Assembly: GCA_038150465.1 (NCBI GenBank)
Contig: JAYOTP010000003.1
Location: 46,123-110,122 of the forward strand
Source of the DNA: Flavobacteriia bacterium
GTDB taxonomy: Bacteria > Bacteroidota > Bacteroidia > Flavobacteriales > Schleiferiaceae
Length of the DNA stretch: 64,000 bases
Reading direction: 5' to 3'
Every line of letters starts with the position of its first letter. The first letter of the stretch is position 1. A program made the position numbers and the translations under genes. Under the pieces are notes generated by a model. It searched no databases, was not told the DNA's origin, and saw nothing but the letters and a program-made list of their open reading frames with translations. Shown here piece after piece: positions 26,755 through 35,817 of this stretch.

Positions 26755-27552
26755 TCAAGGCGAAAAAAGCAGCTTATAGAGGGTGCCTCCATCCGCGCGG
26801 AATAGCTGCGCATCCGTACCGCTCCAAGCTGCCCCTTTGGGCAATTCCAATTCGAGCTTCGTGCTCGAGCGCACAAGGCCTTCCTGATCGGCCACCCACC
26901 AGATCGTCCGACCCAGAGAGAAGCTTTCGGCAGCATCCACAGGGATCCGCCGAACGAAGTTGCCCATGGTGTCAAATTCGACGAGTCCTTTTTCCAAGAG
27001 AAGATAGACCCCGCGCACATTGCATCTCAAGCCCAGGATCCGTGATTCTTCCTGAAGCAGTTGGGTGATGGGCGGCGTGCGGAAGACGATCTCCATCCGG
27101 CGCATATCCATTTTTAGGAGCCGGTCCGAGGCTTGGTCGAAAAGCCAGAGAAAATGCTCATCGGTCAGAGCCGCGCAGGGCACATCCGCCATACCAAGAT
27201 CAAAAAAGGAAAGAGCCGGCCGAATGGGGTTCAGCCGATTGTCGAGCAGGAGCATTTGATTGAACTCCGGATAATGAAGCAGTACACGCATCGGATCCTG
27301 TACCTGCACCTGAGAGGGTATGCCGAGGTCGGGACGGCTGAAACGAGCGATCTCCAGGCCATATTCATCCGTTTTGATCAGTCGGTCATTGAAGACAAGG
27401 TAGAGGTGGCCCAGATGATCGGCTTCCAGATCCAGGATGGGCTCGTCGAACTCGGCGATAGCTACAGCCATGGGTTGGTTTCTCTGTCCCCATGCCGTGA
27501 GGGAGAGCACAGCTGTCAGCAGTAGGAAGAGCTTAGTGGATCCGCTCTTCAT
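26755..27552 (-). CDS. hypothetical secreted protein (no family recognised)
   Basis: Start set at the ATG at 27552, giving MKSGSTKLFLLLTAVLSLTAWGQ (signal peptide). About 265 aa, beta-rich. Overlaps the GH3 stop by 20 nt. Confidence 0.55.
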   Translation of the reverse strand: MKSGSTKLFLLLTAVLSLTAWGQRNQPMAVAIAEFDEPILDLEADHLGHLYLVFNDRLIKTDEYGLEIARFSRPDLGIPSQVQVQDPMRVLLHYPEFNQMLLLDNRLNPIRPALSFFDLGMADVPCAALTDEHFLWLFDQASDRLLKMDMRRMEIVFRTPPITQLLQEESRILGLRCNVRGVYLLLEKGLVEFDTMGNFVRRIPVDAAESFSLGRTIWWVADQEGLVRSSTKLELELPKGAAWSGTDAQLFRADGGTLYKLLFSP

Positions 27553-29068
27553 TGCTCGAATGCAGGAAGGGATAGAGTTCCTCAACAAAACGACGGTCAT
27601 TGCTCAGACGAGGTACTTTGTGTTGTCCGCCAAGTTTGTTCTTGGATTTCAGCCAATTGTGAAAAGTGCCAACCGGTGCCGCATGGATCTTCGGGAAATT
27701 CAGTGCCATGTCTTTGTGCCGTTTGGCCTCATAATCGGTGTTCAGTTTTTTCAATTGTTCATCCAACAGGCGGCTGAAGGTGGCCATGCTTTCTGGCGGA
27801 CGATCGAATTCGATGATCCATTCGTGGCCGCCCTGCGCATCCTGGCTCATATACACCGGTCCGGCTGTGTAATCGGTGATCTGGGCATCTGTGGCCTCCG
27901 AGGCGAACTGAAGCGCACGTTCGGCATTCTCCACGATCAATTCCTCGCCAAAGGCATTGATGAAGTGTTTGGTCCTTCCCGTTACCCGGATCCGGTAGGG
28001 AGCACAGGAGGTGAACACCACCGTATCGCCCAGCGCATAGCGCCACAAACCACCATTGGTGCTGATCACCATGGCATAGTTCACACCTGGTTCCACCGCT
28101 TCCAAAGGAATGGCATCGTCTTCACTGCCGCCCAATGGGATGAACTCATAGTAGATCCCGTAGTCCAGCATGAGCAGCATATCATCGCTGTCCGTCCGGT
28201 CCTGTATACCAAAAAAGCCTTCACTGGCATTGAATGTCTGGAAGTAGTGGAATCCTTCTTGGGGGATCAGTGCGTCGAATTGTTCCTTGTACGGAGCGAA
28301 TGAAACGCCACCGTGCATGTAGAGTTCCAGGTTGGGCCAAACCTCTTTGAGGTCTTTGGCGCCACTGATCGCAAGTACCTTCTTCACAAGAACAAGCATC
28401 CAGCTGGGTACGCCAGCCAAACTGGTCACGTCTTCTCCTATGGTCTTCTTGGCGATGGTATCGATCTTCTCTTCCCATTCGTCCATCAGGCTGATCTTGT
28501 TGCTGGGTGTACTCATCATTGTCACCCAGTAGGGCAGATGCTCGATGATGATAGCGGAGAGATCCCCGTAAAAGGAATCATCGTTGAGGCTGTTGATGGC
28601 CGTGCTTCCGCCCAGCCTCAGTCCTTTTCCTGTGAAAAGTCGGCTGTTCGGAACGGCATTGCAATAGAGGGAGAGCAGATCTTTCCCTCCCTTGAAGTGG
28701 CATTCAAAGAGAGATTCCCTGCTGATGGGGATGAACTTACTGCGCGATGAAGTGGTCCCGGAAGATTTGGCAAACCACTTGACCTCTGAAGGCCAGGTCA
28801 GGTTCTGCTCACCTTTCCGCAGCCGGTTCACAAGGGGCTCCATTTCTTCGTAGCGAACCACAGGGACCCGCCTTTTGTAGTGCTCGTGATCTCGGATGGA
28901 ATCAAAGCCCCACTTTCTTCCGTATTCGGTTTGTGCTGCAGAACGGAGAAGTTGGTTCAAGCAGTCGTTTTGCACTTCCTGTGGATGTTCCATGAACCAC
29001 TCGATCTGCTGGAAGCGTTTTTTCATCTTCCAGGACAACAGTTCGTTCAGTAGTTCCAGTCGGTGCAT
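27533..29068 (-). CDS. GH3 (auxin-responsive promoter) family acyl-adenylate-forming protein
   Basis: 511 aa with the N-terminal pattern typical of bacterial GH3 homologues (FMEHPQEVQNDCLNQLL ... YGRKWGF ... FAKSSGTTSSRSKFIP). Confidence 0.8.
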   Translation of the reverse strand: MHRLELLNELLSWKMKKRFQQIEWFMEHPQEVQNDCLNQLLRSAAQTEYGRKWGFDSIRDHEHYKRRVPVVRYEEMEPLVNRLRKGEQNLTWPSEVKWFAKSSGTTSSRSKFIPISRESLFECHFKGGKDLLSLYCNAVPNSRLFTGKGLRLGGSTAINSLNDDSFYGDLSAIIIEHLPYWVTMMSTPSNKISLMDEWEEKIDTIAKKTIGEDVTSLAGVPSWMLVLVKKVLAISGAKDLKEVWPNLELYMHGGVSFAPYKEQFDALIPQEGFHYFQTFNASEGFFGIQDRTDSDDMLLMLDYGIYYEFIPLGGSEDDAIPLEAVEPGVNYAMVISTNGGLWRYALGDTVVFTSCAPYRIRVTGRTKHFINAFGEELIVENAERALQFASEATDAQITDYTAGPVYMSQDAQGGHEWIIEFDRPPESMATFSRLLDEQLKKLNTDYEAKRHKDMALNFPKIHAAPVGTFHNWLKSKNKLGGQHKVPRLSNDRRFVEELYPFLHSSNEERIH

Positions 29069-29083
29069 GAATCAAGGTCCGTA

Positions 29084-31111
29084 TCAGTTCTTGAGCCAGC
29101 GGTCGAGCCAGCCAAAGAACTCACTGTGCCACAGCAGCCCATTTTGCGGACTGAGCACCCAATGGCCTTCATTGGGGAAGTAGAGGAAACGGCTGGGGAT
29201 GTCTCTCAATTGAGCTGCCTGAAAAGCCTCCATCCCCTGGTTGATCGGAACGCGGAAATCAAGGCCGCCGTGGATCACCAGAATGGGTGCTGTCCAATTC
29301 TGTACATAGTTGCTCGGATCGAAGCGCGCGTAGCCTTCGGCATTGGCCTCTTCCCAATACGGTCCCTGCAGGTCCCAATTGGCAAAGAACATTTCCTCGG
29401 TACTCCCATACCAGCTCTTCAGATTGAACAGGCCGCAGTGGGATATCAGCGCCTTGAAGCGATTTTCGTGGATGCCAGCGAGCATGTACACGCTATAGCC
29501 GCCATAACTCGCACCCACGGCACCCAGACGCTCATTGTCCACAAAGGGCTCCTTCGCCACCTCGTCGATGGCCGACAGGTAATCCTTCATGGCCTGGCCG
29601 CCCCAGTCCCCTGAGATCTGTTCGTTCCACTCTTTTCCGAAGCCGGGCAATCCTCTGCGGTTGGGCGCAACAACGATATAACCTTTGGCGGCCATCAGCT
29701 GGAAATTCCACCGAAAGCTGTAGAACTGAGAGACCTGACTTTGCGGTCCTCCCTGGCAATAGAGGAGCGTCGGGTATTTTTTGTTCGGATCGAAATCGGG
29801 TGGATAGATCACCCAGGTGAGCATATCCTTTCCATCACTGGTCTTGATCCATCTCTTTTCGATGCGCGACAGATCGATCTCCGAATAGACCTTCTCATTG
29901 ACCGCAGTCACGGCCTTTTCTTCGCCCTTGCTGTGGAAGAAGATCTCGGTGGCGTGGTTCATGTCCTGACGGGTGTAGACCAATTCGTCGTCCACGGGAA
30001 TGAAGCTGTTGTAGTTGTGCGGTCCGTTCAGGATCGGACGCGTGGAGATCCTCAGGGTCTTACCCGGCTTCCAAGAGAAACCCAGGCTGTGGATCTGCTG
30101 GGTTCCCTGCTTTGGAAGTCCGAAAACGATCTTGCCTTTGCCTGCCCAACTGAATCCGGAGACATGCAGGTCTGCGATCAATTTGGCCTTGATCCCGCTT
30201 TTCTGATCCATGATCCAGAGCTCGTTGACATCGCTCTCGTAGCCATCTCGCGGCATGGAGGTCCAGGTGAAATACTTTCCATCCGGTGACCATACGGGGT
30301 TCTTGTCATAGCCCATCATGCCTTCTGTGAGGTTGATGGTGGTCTGGTCTTCCAGGTTGTAGCAGTAGATGTCTGAGTTCGTGCTCACTGCATATTCCTT
30401 GCCCGTCTTCTTCTTGCAGACATAAGCGATGCGCCGTCCATCCGGGCTCAGGGCAAATTCCTCCGAACCGCCAAAGGGCATCATGGGGCTGTCGAAGGTT
30501 TCCCCATCCATGATGTCGGTAAAGTCCATGACTTCCGTCTTTCCATTGACCCAGGGGATCATGGAATAGCAGACATGCTGCGAAAGGTCATCCGACCAAC
30601 TGGACCAGTGGCGGTACATGAGGTCTTCGGTCACCAATGCATCGGCCTTGTCCAGCTCTGGGTAGCGGTCGGCTGTGGATTCCATGGTCTTGAATTCCTT
30701 GGAGAATAAAAGCATGATCCCGTTCTTCTGCGGATAGGCCTTCACATTGGATATGCCCCCTTCGATGCGTGTTTTTTGGATCACTTCCCCGCTTTTCAGG
30801 TCCATCGTATGGTACTGACCGCCCAAAGCGAATCCGATCAGGTCGTCTGTGAGGAAGGAAGCTGAATAGACCCCTTTTCCAAATTCGGTCAGCTGGCGGG
30901 TGGATCCGCTCTCCAGATCGGCCAGATACAGCTCCCGAACGCCGGAATTGGCCTCTGTATCGTAATACGAAACGCCGTACAGTACCTGATCTTCACGGGC
31001 ATCTTCCAGACCTACGCGCCCGAGTTCCCAGAGTTTTTCTGGGCTCATGGTATTCTGAGCAGAGAGTGCAAAGCCAAGGAGGATGAGCAGGGAAAAAAGC
31101 GGGTTCTTCAT
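29084..31111 (-). CDS. S9 family serine peptidase (prolyl oligopeptidase / DPP-like) with N-terminal beta-propeller
   Basis: Start at MKNPLFSLLILLGFALSAQN (signal peptide); the track start at 31135 is possible. Catalytic GASYGGYS, then HGGLDFRVP and NEGHWV, consistent with a Ser-Asp-His triad. Confidence 0.85.
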   Translation of the reverse strand: MKNPLFSLLILLGFALSAQNTMSPEKLWELGRVGLEDAREDQVLYGVSYYDTEANSGVRELYLADLESGSTRQLTEFGKGVYSASFLTDDLIGFALGGQYHTMDLKSGEVIQKTRIEGGISNVKAYPQKNGIMLLFSKEFKTMESTADRYPELDKADALVTEDLMYRHWSSWSDDLSQHVCYSMIPWVNGKTEVMDFTDIMDGETFDSPMMPFGGSEEFALSPDGRRIAYVCKKKTGKEYAVSTNSDIYCYNLEDQTTINLTEGMMGYDKNPVWSPDGKYFTWTSMPRDGYESDVNELWIMDQKSGIKAKLIADLHVSGFSWAGKGKIVFGLPKQGTQQIHSLGFSWKPGKTLRISTRPILNGPHNYNSFIPVDDELVYTRQDMNHATEIFFHSKGEEKAVTAVNEKVYSEIDLSRIEKRWIKTSDGKDMLTWVIYPPDFDPNKKYPTLLYCQGGPQSQVSQFYSFRWNFQLMAAKGYIVVAPNRRGLPGFGKEWNEQISGDWGGQAMKDYLSAIDEVAKEPFVDNERLGAVGASYGGYSVYMLAGIHENRFKALISHCGLFNLKSWYGSTEEMFFANWDLQGPYWEEANAEGYARFDPSNYVQNWTAPILVIHGGLDFRVPINQGMEAFQAAQLRDIPSRFLYFPNEGHWVLSPQNGLLWHSEFFGWLDRWLKN

Positions 31112-31115
31112 GGGT

Positions 31116-31424
31116 CTATTTTTGGTCAAAAACATCGAGTAAAGTTCTGAAAGCTACGATTTTGGAGCCGTATTTCTGGGTGGTCGTCCTCCTGAGTTCA
31201 TCGGCATAAAGCTGTTCGTAAAGACGGAAGCTTTCCAAGTCACTGGCTTCGTACTGAATGGAGTAGGTTCTTCCCACTTCTTCCTCCACCAAGAGCCGGC
31301 CAAAACGGTAACCGCTGAAAAGTCCGGTATTCAGGACCATGGGAATGTGTTCTTCCTTCATCCATCGGAGCCAGTCCTCCTCAATGGAGGCTTCTACGTT
31401 CACCGTGACATTGTACAGGAGCAT
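31116..31424 (-). CDS. DUF4286-like small protein
   Basis: MLLYNVTVNVEASIEEDWLRWMKEEHIPMVL resembles the DUF4286 family N-terminus. ATG at 31424 chosen because the track start at 31439 is a TTG codon. Confidence 0.6.
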   Translation of the reverse strand: MLLYNVTVNVEASIEEDWLRWMKEEHIPMVLNTGLFSGYRFGRLLVEEEVGRTYSIQYEASDLESFRLYEQLYADELRRTTTQKYGSKIVAFRTLLDVFDQK

Positions 31425-31450
31425 GCGTGCTTTTTCCAAATATAAGCAGC

Positions 31451-33250
31451 CTAAAGGGGCGTTTCGCCCCGGAGAATGCGGATGCGTTTTCGGGCTTCTG
31501 AGATGAAAAAGGAATCGGGGTGATCGGTGAGCAGGCGCTCGTATGTGGCCTGGGCTTCATTGCTGAGTCCCTCTCTTTCCTGAAGTCCTCCCAGCATCAT
31601 CAGTGCATTGTCTGCCAGTATGTCGTCGCCGTGTCCATTCAGCAGTTGAGCGAGTGCTGATAGGGCCAAAGCCCGATCTCCGCGTGCTTCGTGGATGCGC
31701 GCCTCCATCCAAAGCACCTCGTCCTGTAAGCTGTGCTCATAAAAACCGATGCGGACATTCTCCAGGATGGAAAGTGCCTCATCGTACCGCTGGCGGAAAT
31801 AAAGGAGTTCTGCTTTGGCGTAAAGGGAAAGGGCTTCTGTGTTCGTATCCAGACCCACATTGTCCCGGATCAGAATGGAGTATTCCATGGCGTCGTTGGC
31901 GATGCGTTTGGAAACGCTGAATTTCAGCGCCTCAAAGAGGTTTTCCGCCCAGTTGAATTCCGATTGATAAAAGGCCACTTTGGCCCGGCTGAACTTGGCC
32001 CGATCTGCGAGGTCCGTTCCGGGACGTGTTTTTTCGATGCGCGCATAGTACAGAATGGCTTCATAGTGCCTTCCAGAAAAGGTGAGTACATCCGCAGTGG
32101 CCATGGCTGTCTCATCCGATTCGGTGCGTTGTGGGTCGGGCCATTCGCTCAGGGCCTTCAGGCCATCGAGCGCCTGTGTGGTATCTCCGAGTTGAAAGGC
32201 CAGCATTCGGTACCATGAACGATAGGCCGTCGCCAGGTCCAAATGTTTTGGAAGGCCCTGGAGCACCTTTCGGTATTCAAGGGAGAGTGTCTCCACCGAT
32301 GCCCGACTGAATGAAGGCTGGGCGAACAGTTCGGCCTGCATCGCCTCAAGCCGGCCAGCCTGAGCCGGAAGGAAGACAGGGGAGACTTCACCGGCCCCGA
32401 TGATGTATTCAAAGATCTGCTGGGCGGTCGTGAACTCCTCGTTTTCCATACAGATGCCTGCCAGATCGAAGAGTTCTCTTTGCTGACGATCCAGTCGGAT
32501 GTCCAAACCGCGGAGTTGGCGGAATGCACCTCGGAAATTTCGTTCCTGAAGAAATACCCAGGTAAGCAATTCGGTGAGCACGGGATCCTGCGTGGCCTGA
32601 ATACGCAGCAGCAGCTGTTCCTTCAGGAAGACATTGGTCGGATCGTCCGGATCCTCTCCGAGTGATTGCGCGGCGAGTTGCCTGACGGTATTCAGATAAG
32701 CGGGATTCTGCTCGACCAGCAGGAGCAACTCCCTGAAGACGGATTCGATATCGCCCAGCTCTCCGTAGAGTTGTGCTTTTTGGTAGTGGAAGCGAAGTGA
32801 AGGATTGCCCTTTTCTGCCGTTTGGTAGGCATCCAGGGCTGCCTGGTAGAGTTGTCTCTTTTCCAAGAGCCGTGCAATGGGGTAAACGCGCCCCGGAGAC
32901 TGAGCAATCATTCCAAAGAGTTCCTCCAAGACTTCCTGTTCGCCCTGCTCGTCTTTTGCATTTCGTAGGATCACCGCCAGTTCAACCAAGAAATATCCGG
33001 GGTCTGAGGCGGACTTCTTCAGGTGTTTTCGGGTAAAGCGCTCGGCTTTTTTCCACTCTTCAAGGGCCTTATAATTTCTCAATACCCGATCGAAGCGCGC
33101 CTTGTCTGGAAAGCGTTGATATTGCTTCAGCGAAAGGGTCAGCGATTTTTCATAGGCACCGTCTTCGAAATACGCATCGGCCAACTGATCGTCCTGTGCA
33201 CGGAGGAGCGTGCAGGCGATCAAAGCCAGAAGCAAAGCGAGTTGCTTCAT
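31451..33250 (-). CDS. tetratricopeptide-repeat protein, secreted
   Basis: Start at MKQLALLLALIACTLLRAQ (ATG at 33250, ATGA overlap with the upstream stop). About 599 aa, helical repeat composition with recurring A/Y/L TPR-like patterns. Confidence 0.65.
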   Translation of the reverse strand: MKQLALLLALIACTLLRAQDDQLADAYFEDGAYEKSLTLSLKQYQRFPDKARFDRVLRNYKALEEWKKAERFTRKHLKKSASDPGYFLVELAVILRNAKDEQGEQEVLEELFGMIAQSPGRVYPIARLLEKRQLYQAALDAYQTAEKGNPSLRFHYQKAQLYGELGDIESVFRELLLLVEQNPAYLNTVRQLAAQSLGEDPDDPTNVFLKEQLLLRIQATQDPVLTELLTWVFLQERNFRGAFRQLRGLDIRLDRQQRELFDLAGICMENEEFTTAQQIFEYIIGAGEVSPVFLPAQAGRLEAMQAELFAQPSFSRASVETLSLEYRKVLQGLPKHLDLATAYRSWYRMLAFQLGDTTQALDGLKALSEWPDPQRTESDETAMATADVLTFSGRHYEAILYYARIEKTRPGTDLADRAKFSRAKVAFYQSEFNWAENLFEALKFSVSKRIANDAMEYSILIRDNVGLDTNTEALSLYAKAELLYFRQRYDEALSILENVRIGFYEHSLQDEVLWMEARIHEARGDRALALSALAQLLNGHGDDILADNALMMLGGLQEREGLSNEAQATYERLLTDHPDSFFISEARKRIRILRGETPL

Positions 33251-33777
33251 CGATCTGTATGGTAGGCGCGGGTGCTGTCCAGCTTCGGCCGAAGCTCTGA
33301 CCAGAGCGTGCGGCATTTGGGATATTCTGTGGCGCAAAAAGAGACCCTGGAGATGAGTTCGCCTGCTACTGCCTGCTCATCTGCCAGATAGGTGGCAAAG
33401 GAAAGACTGTCCAGATCTTCTGCGGAGGCAGCGAGGTCCTCTAATTGGGACTCACTGTACTCAATGGACTCCGCAAGCAGCTTTTGCTGGCCTGGAGCCT
33501 GAGCGATCGCTTTGTGGATCCGCTGCAAGCTGCTGAGTTCATTGATCCAGAAAGAGGGCTTGCTCGTATCCGTATAAGACCGATAGAACCACTGGAAGTA
33601 GGGTTCCACTTCTTCTTTTAGTTCTGTCAGTTGCTGAAAGGGGATGCTTTGATATTCATCCGTACAAGCATAAAGATCCGCCATGAGTTGGCGGACAGCA
33701 GCTTCTCTGTCTGGGGGCCTGTTCGACTCAGAACATGCCGTCGCAATGAGAAATATGCCGATCAGGAGCGCCCTCAT
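33247..33777 (-). CDS. hypothetical lipoprotein
   Basis: 176 aa: MRALLIGIFLIATAC lipobox-like signal. No recognised domain. ATGA overlaps at both ends (serS upstream, TPR gene downstream). Confidence 0.55.
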   Translation of the reverse strand: MRALLIGIFLIATACSESNRPPDREAAVRQLMADLYACTDEYQSIPFQQLTELKEEVEPYFQWFYRSYTDTSKPSFWINELSSLQRIHKAIAQAPGQQKLLAESIEYSESQLEDLAASAEDLDSLSFATYLADEQAVAGELISRVSFCATEYPKCRTLWSELRPKLDSTRAYHTDR

Positions 33778-35048
33778 TGGATCAGGTCGAAATGGGTGTA
33801 CGGCTGAAGCACTTTTGGGATAACGATGCCCGATCCGGTTTGATTGTTCTCCAGCAAAGCGGCAAGGATGCGAGGCAGGGCGAGTGCACTGCCATTGAGC
33901 GTATGGCAGAGCTGTGGTTTGCCTCCATCCGAAGGACGATAGCGCAATTTCAGGCGATTCGACTGGAAGGACTCAAAGTTCGAGACTGAGCTCACCTCGA
34001 GCCAGCGTTCCTGTGCCCGGCTCCAGACTTCAAAGTCATAAGTCAGCGCCGAAGTGAATCCCAGATCGCCTCCACAAAGACGCAGGATGCGGTGTGGGAT
34101 CTCCAACTCTTTGATCAGCCCGCCGATGTGCTCGACCATGTGGTCCAGCCTTTCGTAGGAGCGATCGGGGTGTTCCACGACCACCACTTCTACTTTGTCA
34201 AATTGATGCAGGCGGTTCAGGCCGCGTACATCTTTTCCATAGGAGCCCGCCTCCCTTCGAAAGCATGGCGTGTAGGCGGTGTTCCTCTTGGGAAGATCCT
34301 CTTCCCTCAGGATGTCGCCCCTGTAAAGATTGGTCACGGGTACTTCCGCTGTAGGTATGCAGTATAGATCGTCCGCCGTGATGTGGTACATCTGCCCTTC
34401 CTTATCGGGAAGTTGCCCTGTTCCATAGGCCGAATCCTCGTTCACAAAGTGCGGCGGAAGGACTTCTTCATAGCCTGCAGCGACATTTCGATCGAGGAAG
34501 AAATTGATCAGGGCGCGCTGGAGGATGGCTCCCTTACCTGTATACACAGGAAATCCAGCACCGGTGATCTTCACGCCAGCTTCAAAATCGATCAATCCGT
34601 AGGATTTGGCCAGTTCCCAATGGGGCTTATGCTCCTCGCCCGATCTTTCTGCTTCCCCCCAGCGTTGGGTCTCCTCGTTGTCCGAGTCGCTCGTGCCCTT
34701 GGGCACGCTTTCGTGCGGCACGTTGGGGATGTGGCGAAGTTTTTCGGTCAGTGCCTCCTCCGTCTCTGCGAGTTTTTGATGAAGGACTTTTTCTTGCGCC
34801 TTGAGTGCAGATGTGCGGGACTTGGCTTGTTCCGCCTCTTCTTTTTTTCCGGCTTTGAAGAGCCCTCCGATCTCTTTGGACAGGATGCGGGCTTCGTGCA
34901 AGGTGTCGTCGAGTTCTTTTTGCGTGCGCTTTCGGATATCGTCCTGAGCAAGGATGTCCTCGAGTTCTGAACGCAGATCAAGACCTCTTTTCTGCAGACC
35001 GAGCAGAATGAGATCGAATTCTTCTTTTATGCGGGTCGTTGTGATCAT
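33774..35048 (-). CDS. serS: serine--tRNA ligase
   Basis: Start at the internal ATG (CAT at 35046..35048), MITTTRIKEEFDLILLGLQKRG. N-terminal coiled-coil arm and class II motifs (FRREAGSYGKDVRGLNRLHQFDKVE, GSALALPR). Confidence 0.95.
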   Translation of the reverse strand: MITTTRIKEEFDLILLGLQKRGLDLRSELEDILAQDDIRKRTQKELDDTLHEARILSKEIGGLFKAGKKEEAEQAKSRTSALKAQEKVLHQKLAETEEALTEKLRHIPNVPHESVPKGTSDSDNEETQRWGEAERSGEEHKPHWELAKSYGLIDFEAGVKITGAGFPVYTGKGAILQRALINFFLDRNVAAGYEEVLPPHFVNEDSAYGTGQLPDKEGQMYHITADDLYCIPTAEVPVTNLYRGDILREEDLPKRNTAYTPCFRREAGSYGKDVRGLNRLHQFDKVEVVVVEHPDRSYERLDHMVEHIGGLIKELEIPHRILRLCGGDLGFTSALTYDFEVWSRAQERWLEVSSVSNFESFQSNRLKLRYRPSDGGKPQLCHTLNGSALALPRILAALLENNQTGSGIVIPKVLQPYTHFDLIQ

Positions 35049-35074
35049 GTATGCAGCGAGTGTTCGGACAAGAC

Positions 35075-35098
35075 AAAAAAAAGCCATCCGAAGATGGC
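35075..35098 (-). terminator. rho-independent terminator after rplU-rpmA
   Basis: On the minus strand, GCCATC-TTCG-GATGGC hairpin (35083..35098) followed by 8 T (A-run 35075..35082 on the + strand). It lies 28 nt after the rpmA stop. Confidence 0.8.
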
Positions 35099-35125
35099 CA
35101 ATTCTCGTCACATTTTAGACATTCA

Positions 35126-35389
35126 TCAGGCCTCAGCTTCTGGCTTTATCGAGACAAATGACTTATTGTTCTTGGTTTTGCGGAATTCAACCACTCCATT
35201 CGACAGGGCGAACAGGGTGTGGTCCTTACCCATACCCACATTCTCTCCTGGATTGTGGCGGGTTCCTCTTTGGCGAACAATGATGTTTCCGGCAATGGCT
35301 TTCTGCCCTCCGAATATTTTGACGCCGAGTCGTTTACTTTCAGACTCTCTTCCGTTCTTCGAACTACCGACTCCTTTCTTGTGTGCCAT
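35126..35389 (-). CDS. rpmA: 50S ribosomal protein L27
   Basis: 87 aa: [29 protein letters not shown]. Confidence 0.97.
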   Translation of the reverse strand: MAHKKGVGSSKNGRESESKRLGVKIFGGQKAIAGNIIVRQRGTRHNPGENVGMGKDHTLFALSNGVVEFRKTKNNKSFVSIKPEAEA

Positions 35390-35406
35390 GGTTCAGTTGG
35401 TTTTGA

Positions 35407-35766
35407 TCAGGCCTCGGCCTTTTCGGTTTTTTTCGCTGCTGGCTTTCGGGGCTTGGCGGCAACTACATCGGTGATGAGCAATTCGCTCAGGTACTGCCGA
35501 TGTCCGTTCATCTTTTGATAGCCCTTGCGTCTTTTCTTCTTGAAGACCAAGACTTTGTCGCCTTTCAGGTGCTTCTCCACCTTGGCTTTTACGGTCGCTC
35601 CTTTGACTGAGGGCTTCCCGACGTTGATCTTTCCGTCTTTCTCGAGCAGCAAGACTTTCTCAAATTTCACTGCGCTGCCTTCTTTGGCTTCCAAGCGATG
35701 GACAAAGACTTTTTGGCCTTTTTCCACCTTGAATTGCTGTCCGGCGATTTCTACTATAGCGTACAT
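35407..35766 (-). CDS. rplU: 50S ribosomal protein L21
   Basis: Start at [22 protein letters not shown] (CAT at 35764..35766). Lys/Ala-rich C-terminal tail. Confidence 0.95.
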   Translation of the reverse strand: MYAIVEIAGQQFKVEKGQKVFVHRLEAKEGSAVKFEKVLLLEKDGKINVGKPSVKGATVKAKVEKHLKGDKVLVFKKKRRKGYQKMNGHRQYLSELLITDVVAAKPRKPAAKKTEKAEA

Positions 35767-35786
35767 CTCTTCTTTCAAAAGGGGTG

Positions 35787-35794
35787 CAAATTTA
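35787..35794 (-). promoter_or_regulatory. candidate -7 promoter box (TAAATTTG) for rplU-rpmA
   Basis: CAAATTTA on the + strand is TAAATTTG on the minus strand, matching TAnnTTTG, 20 nt upstream of the rplU ATG. Confidence 0.5.
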
Positions 35795-35817
35795 ACCAAT
35801 TAGTTGTGTTGGACAAC

